Shown here piece by piece: positions 61,996 through 64,000 of a DNA stretch of 64,000 nt. Under the pieces are notes generated by a model. That model was not told the DNA's origin. It saw nothing but the letters and a program-made list of their open reading frames with translations, and ran no database searches. This DNA comes from Trypanosoma brucei. Lineage: Eukaryota. Both the position numbers and the translations under genes were made by a program. The stretch spans positions 5,184,001 through 5,248,000 of the forward strand of contig CH464491.1 in NCBI GenBank assembly GCA_000002445.1. The letters are read 5' to 3'. How positions within the stretch are numbered: the stretch's first letter is position 1; each line of letters starts with the position of its first letter.

Positions 61996-62399
61996 GCAGT
62001 TCCCACACAAAGCCATCCGTACATCATGACATTGGTTTCAGGACCCCACAGAATAGCAAAGTGAATGTGGCCGAGGACTAAAACATGTGAGCAACAGGGA
62101 ATTCGTCATGTGGAGTTTTTATGTGTCGTGGGAAAATCATTACCGCATTTCAGCATAGGGAGCAACTGCACTTCTATTTGTTGTTGTAAGTTTACAACTC
62201 GTAAAGAGCATTGCCATTTCAGTACAGGAGAGCTCTTCCATCATTTCTATTGGACACACCGACGCGGATGTTGTTTTGGGGTCTGTCTTTACAATACGGT
62301 AACAGGTGAACCCATCAAACAAACACAACACATGTTGTAATGGAGGTTCGATAATATCTTGCAGGAAGTTCCGTCCAGAGTGGTATCCAGCCGCAATAT

Positions 62400-64000
62400 C
62401 AATGGAATGAATTACACCCAGCCATGCGATGGCAAAAAGTAATTATACAGCTCCCAAAAAAGAGAAAAATGTTATACCACACTCACACGAAAAAAAAGCC
62501 TCAATAGTGTATTTTTTTGGGAGGGAACCATCTAAAGAAATTCAAAAGCGATACCCACAGAGTCACCCGATGCGTAAATATCAACTGGGAAAAGGATATT
62601 GCCAGTGTGAGAAAAGTCATAGGGAGGAACCTCTGGAGGAAAGAGGAAAAATCACAGCCATTACCACAAAAGGGAAAAGTGACACCATACTGAAACGACC
62701 ATACGTAATGATAGAACATCCCATAAAGAGAAGAGCACTTCTGACACGCGCAGCGGAAGTAGTTGCAATGGAACACGACATTGACAACATATTATTAATA
62801 GAATTGGGAAAGCACATCTACACAATAGAACTTCCACGAGGCACAGTGCGGTATCTCAGATGTGTGACAACTGCCGTCAGCAAGTCGATTCTTTGAGTGT
62901 TTTTGATGTAAGATATAATTGGAAGGAATGTGCAGCGTCAGTGTGAGGGAAGACGGGACTTATAACAGGGAATACCTTTCCAAATTATTAAGGGCACAAC
63001 ATTCCTTGACACTCACAAGGGAAAACAAAGGTGACCTCACGGGAAGAGGAGGAAAAAAAAAGACTTCACCTCTCCAATAGGAAATGAATGTGGGAATGAT
63101 TTTCCTTCCGTGGATTTGACAGAGGATGATGCAAGCACCGAGTAAACGATTTGATGAGGTTTGGAGCATTAAGAATAGCACAGATGATGTGGAAAGAGAG
63201 AAACAAAGAGAGAAAGTATCAAACAGGGAATCTGAAATTGCACATTGTGGAAAAAGAAGTCCCAAATAATGAAGCAGCCGCGTATCATTGGCCCAGTTTC
63301 AGAGAGACATACGACAGGATGAGTTGTGTGCTATTCTTTGTGATGGAGGAAACACAGATTTGGAAGAAGGCGTTGATTTATTGCATGACCAAAGGCTAAA
63401 AAGAGCAGGGATGATTGTGAGGCATATGTCCCATTGTGTCACTTTTCCCAGTATCTAAATACTCTCCATGACCAGTCGGTGGCAGTGTTTGATCTAAAGT
63501 CATTTCTCTCCCAAGTGAAGTTGCCTGAGGATATTCGGGTGAGGTTCCGATACGTTAGCGAAAATGAGGAACTATTGAATTTGAATCAACTCCCCATCAG
63601 TCAATAAAGGAGAATCCTGGAGTTTCACACACCATTACAAAGCTCTTTTTAGAAGACGCCGATGTCGTGAAACTGCAGCAAGCGAACCCTGAAATATTAA
63701 GGACTCAAACATGGATATGCAACATATGTATCAGTGTGAGGCACATGACGTGGTTAAATGTCGTGGAAACAAAATAGTTACGAACGTGAAGAAATGTGGG
63801 GCATACTATCATTGGTGATTTGCAAAGCATGACACAACAATGTGATTTCATTGGAGTTTTAGTTTAACTATGAAAAGCAGACAGTATGGCTGGGACAACG
63901 AAAGTGATACAGCAATTCCGAGTATCCCTTGCTATATGAAAAAAACTACCATAGAATAAATGGAAACTGTTGTATCACGCATGATGTACGCGGCAGCAGG
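62400..64000 (+). other. Non-VSG, protein-like but frameshifted region (possible degenerate pseudogene of unknown family)
   Basis: The region is unique, AT-balanced and lacks VSG 3'UTR or 70-bp grammar. Plus-strand frames read like real protein in stretches (VAVFDLKSFLSQVKLPEDIRVRFRYVSENEELLNLNQLPISQ; MDMQHMYQCEAHDVVKCRGNKIVTNVKKCGAYYHW; ORF 62429-62896) but no single frame is open throughout. Confidence 0.25.

Overview
This window is a Trypanosoma brucei-type subtelomeric VSG array, not a prokaryotic locus. It holds about 15 VSG genes, pseudogenes or fragments, all on the minus strand. Each VSG sits in the usual cassette: an upstream 70-bp repeat block rich in (ATT)n/(TAA)n with the GTATATACACACTCACAACAC core, then a spacer, the CDS, and a 3'UTR carrying a 16-mer-like element. 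Four VSGs look intact (639-2129, 29660-31201, 38959-40488, 44891-46339). The rest have frameshifts or truncations, often exactly at the junction with the C-terminal/GPI signal. Two full-length ingi non-LTR retrotransposons (~5.26 kb, plus strand, poly(A) tails) lie at 18764-24028 (degenerate) and 48352-53607. The second is a 1657-codon ORF broken only by one in-frame TAG. Both encode endonuclease, RT, RNase H, C2H2 fingers and a 2A-like DVEENPGP motif. Both ingi copies lack target-site duplications and sit between mismatched VSG halves. Two interstitial islands of degenerate telomere repeats (12721-13329, 36840-38030) are flanked by VSG 3' ends and 3' fragments; two of these flanking 3' tails share an unusual 'GWITY..GQGPVTP.CRSSSFL' C-terminus. 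From about 62000 the array grammar stops and a degenerate non-VSG pseudogene-like region begins. I found no CRISPR array, rRNA/tRNA gene or prokaryotic defence system. The supplied ORF track uses alternative start codons (GTG/TTG shown as M), so many ORF starts are not real; I checked ATGs by eye where stated. Coordinates read from the sequence may be off by 1-2 nt.
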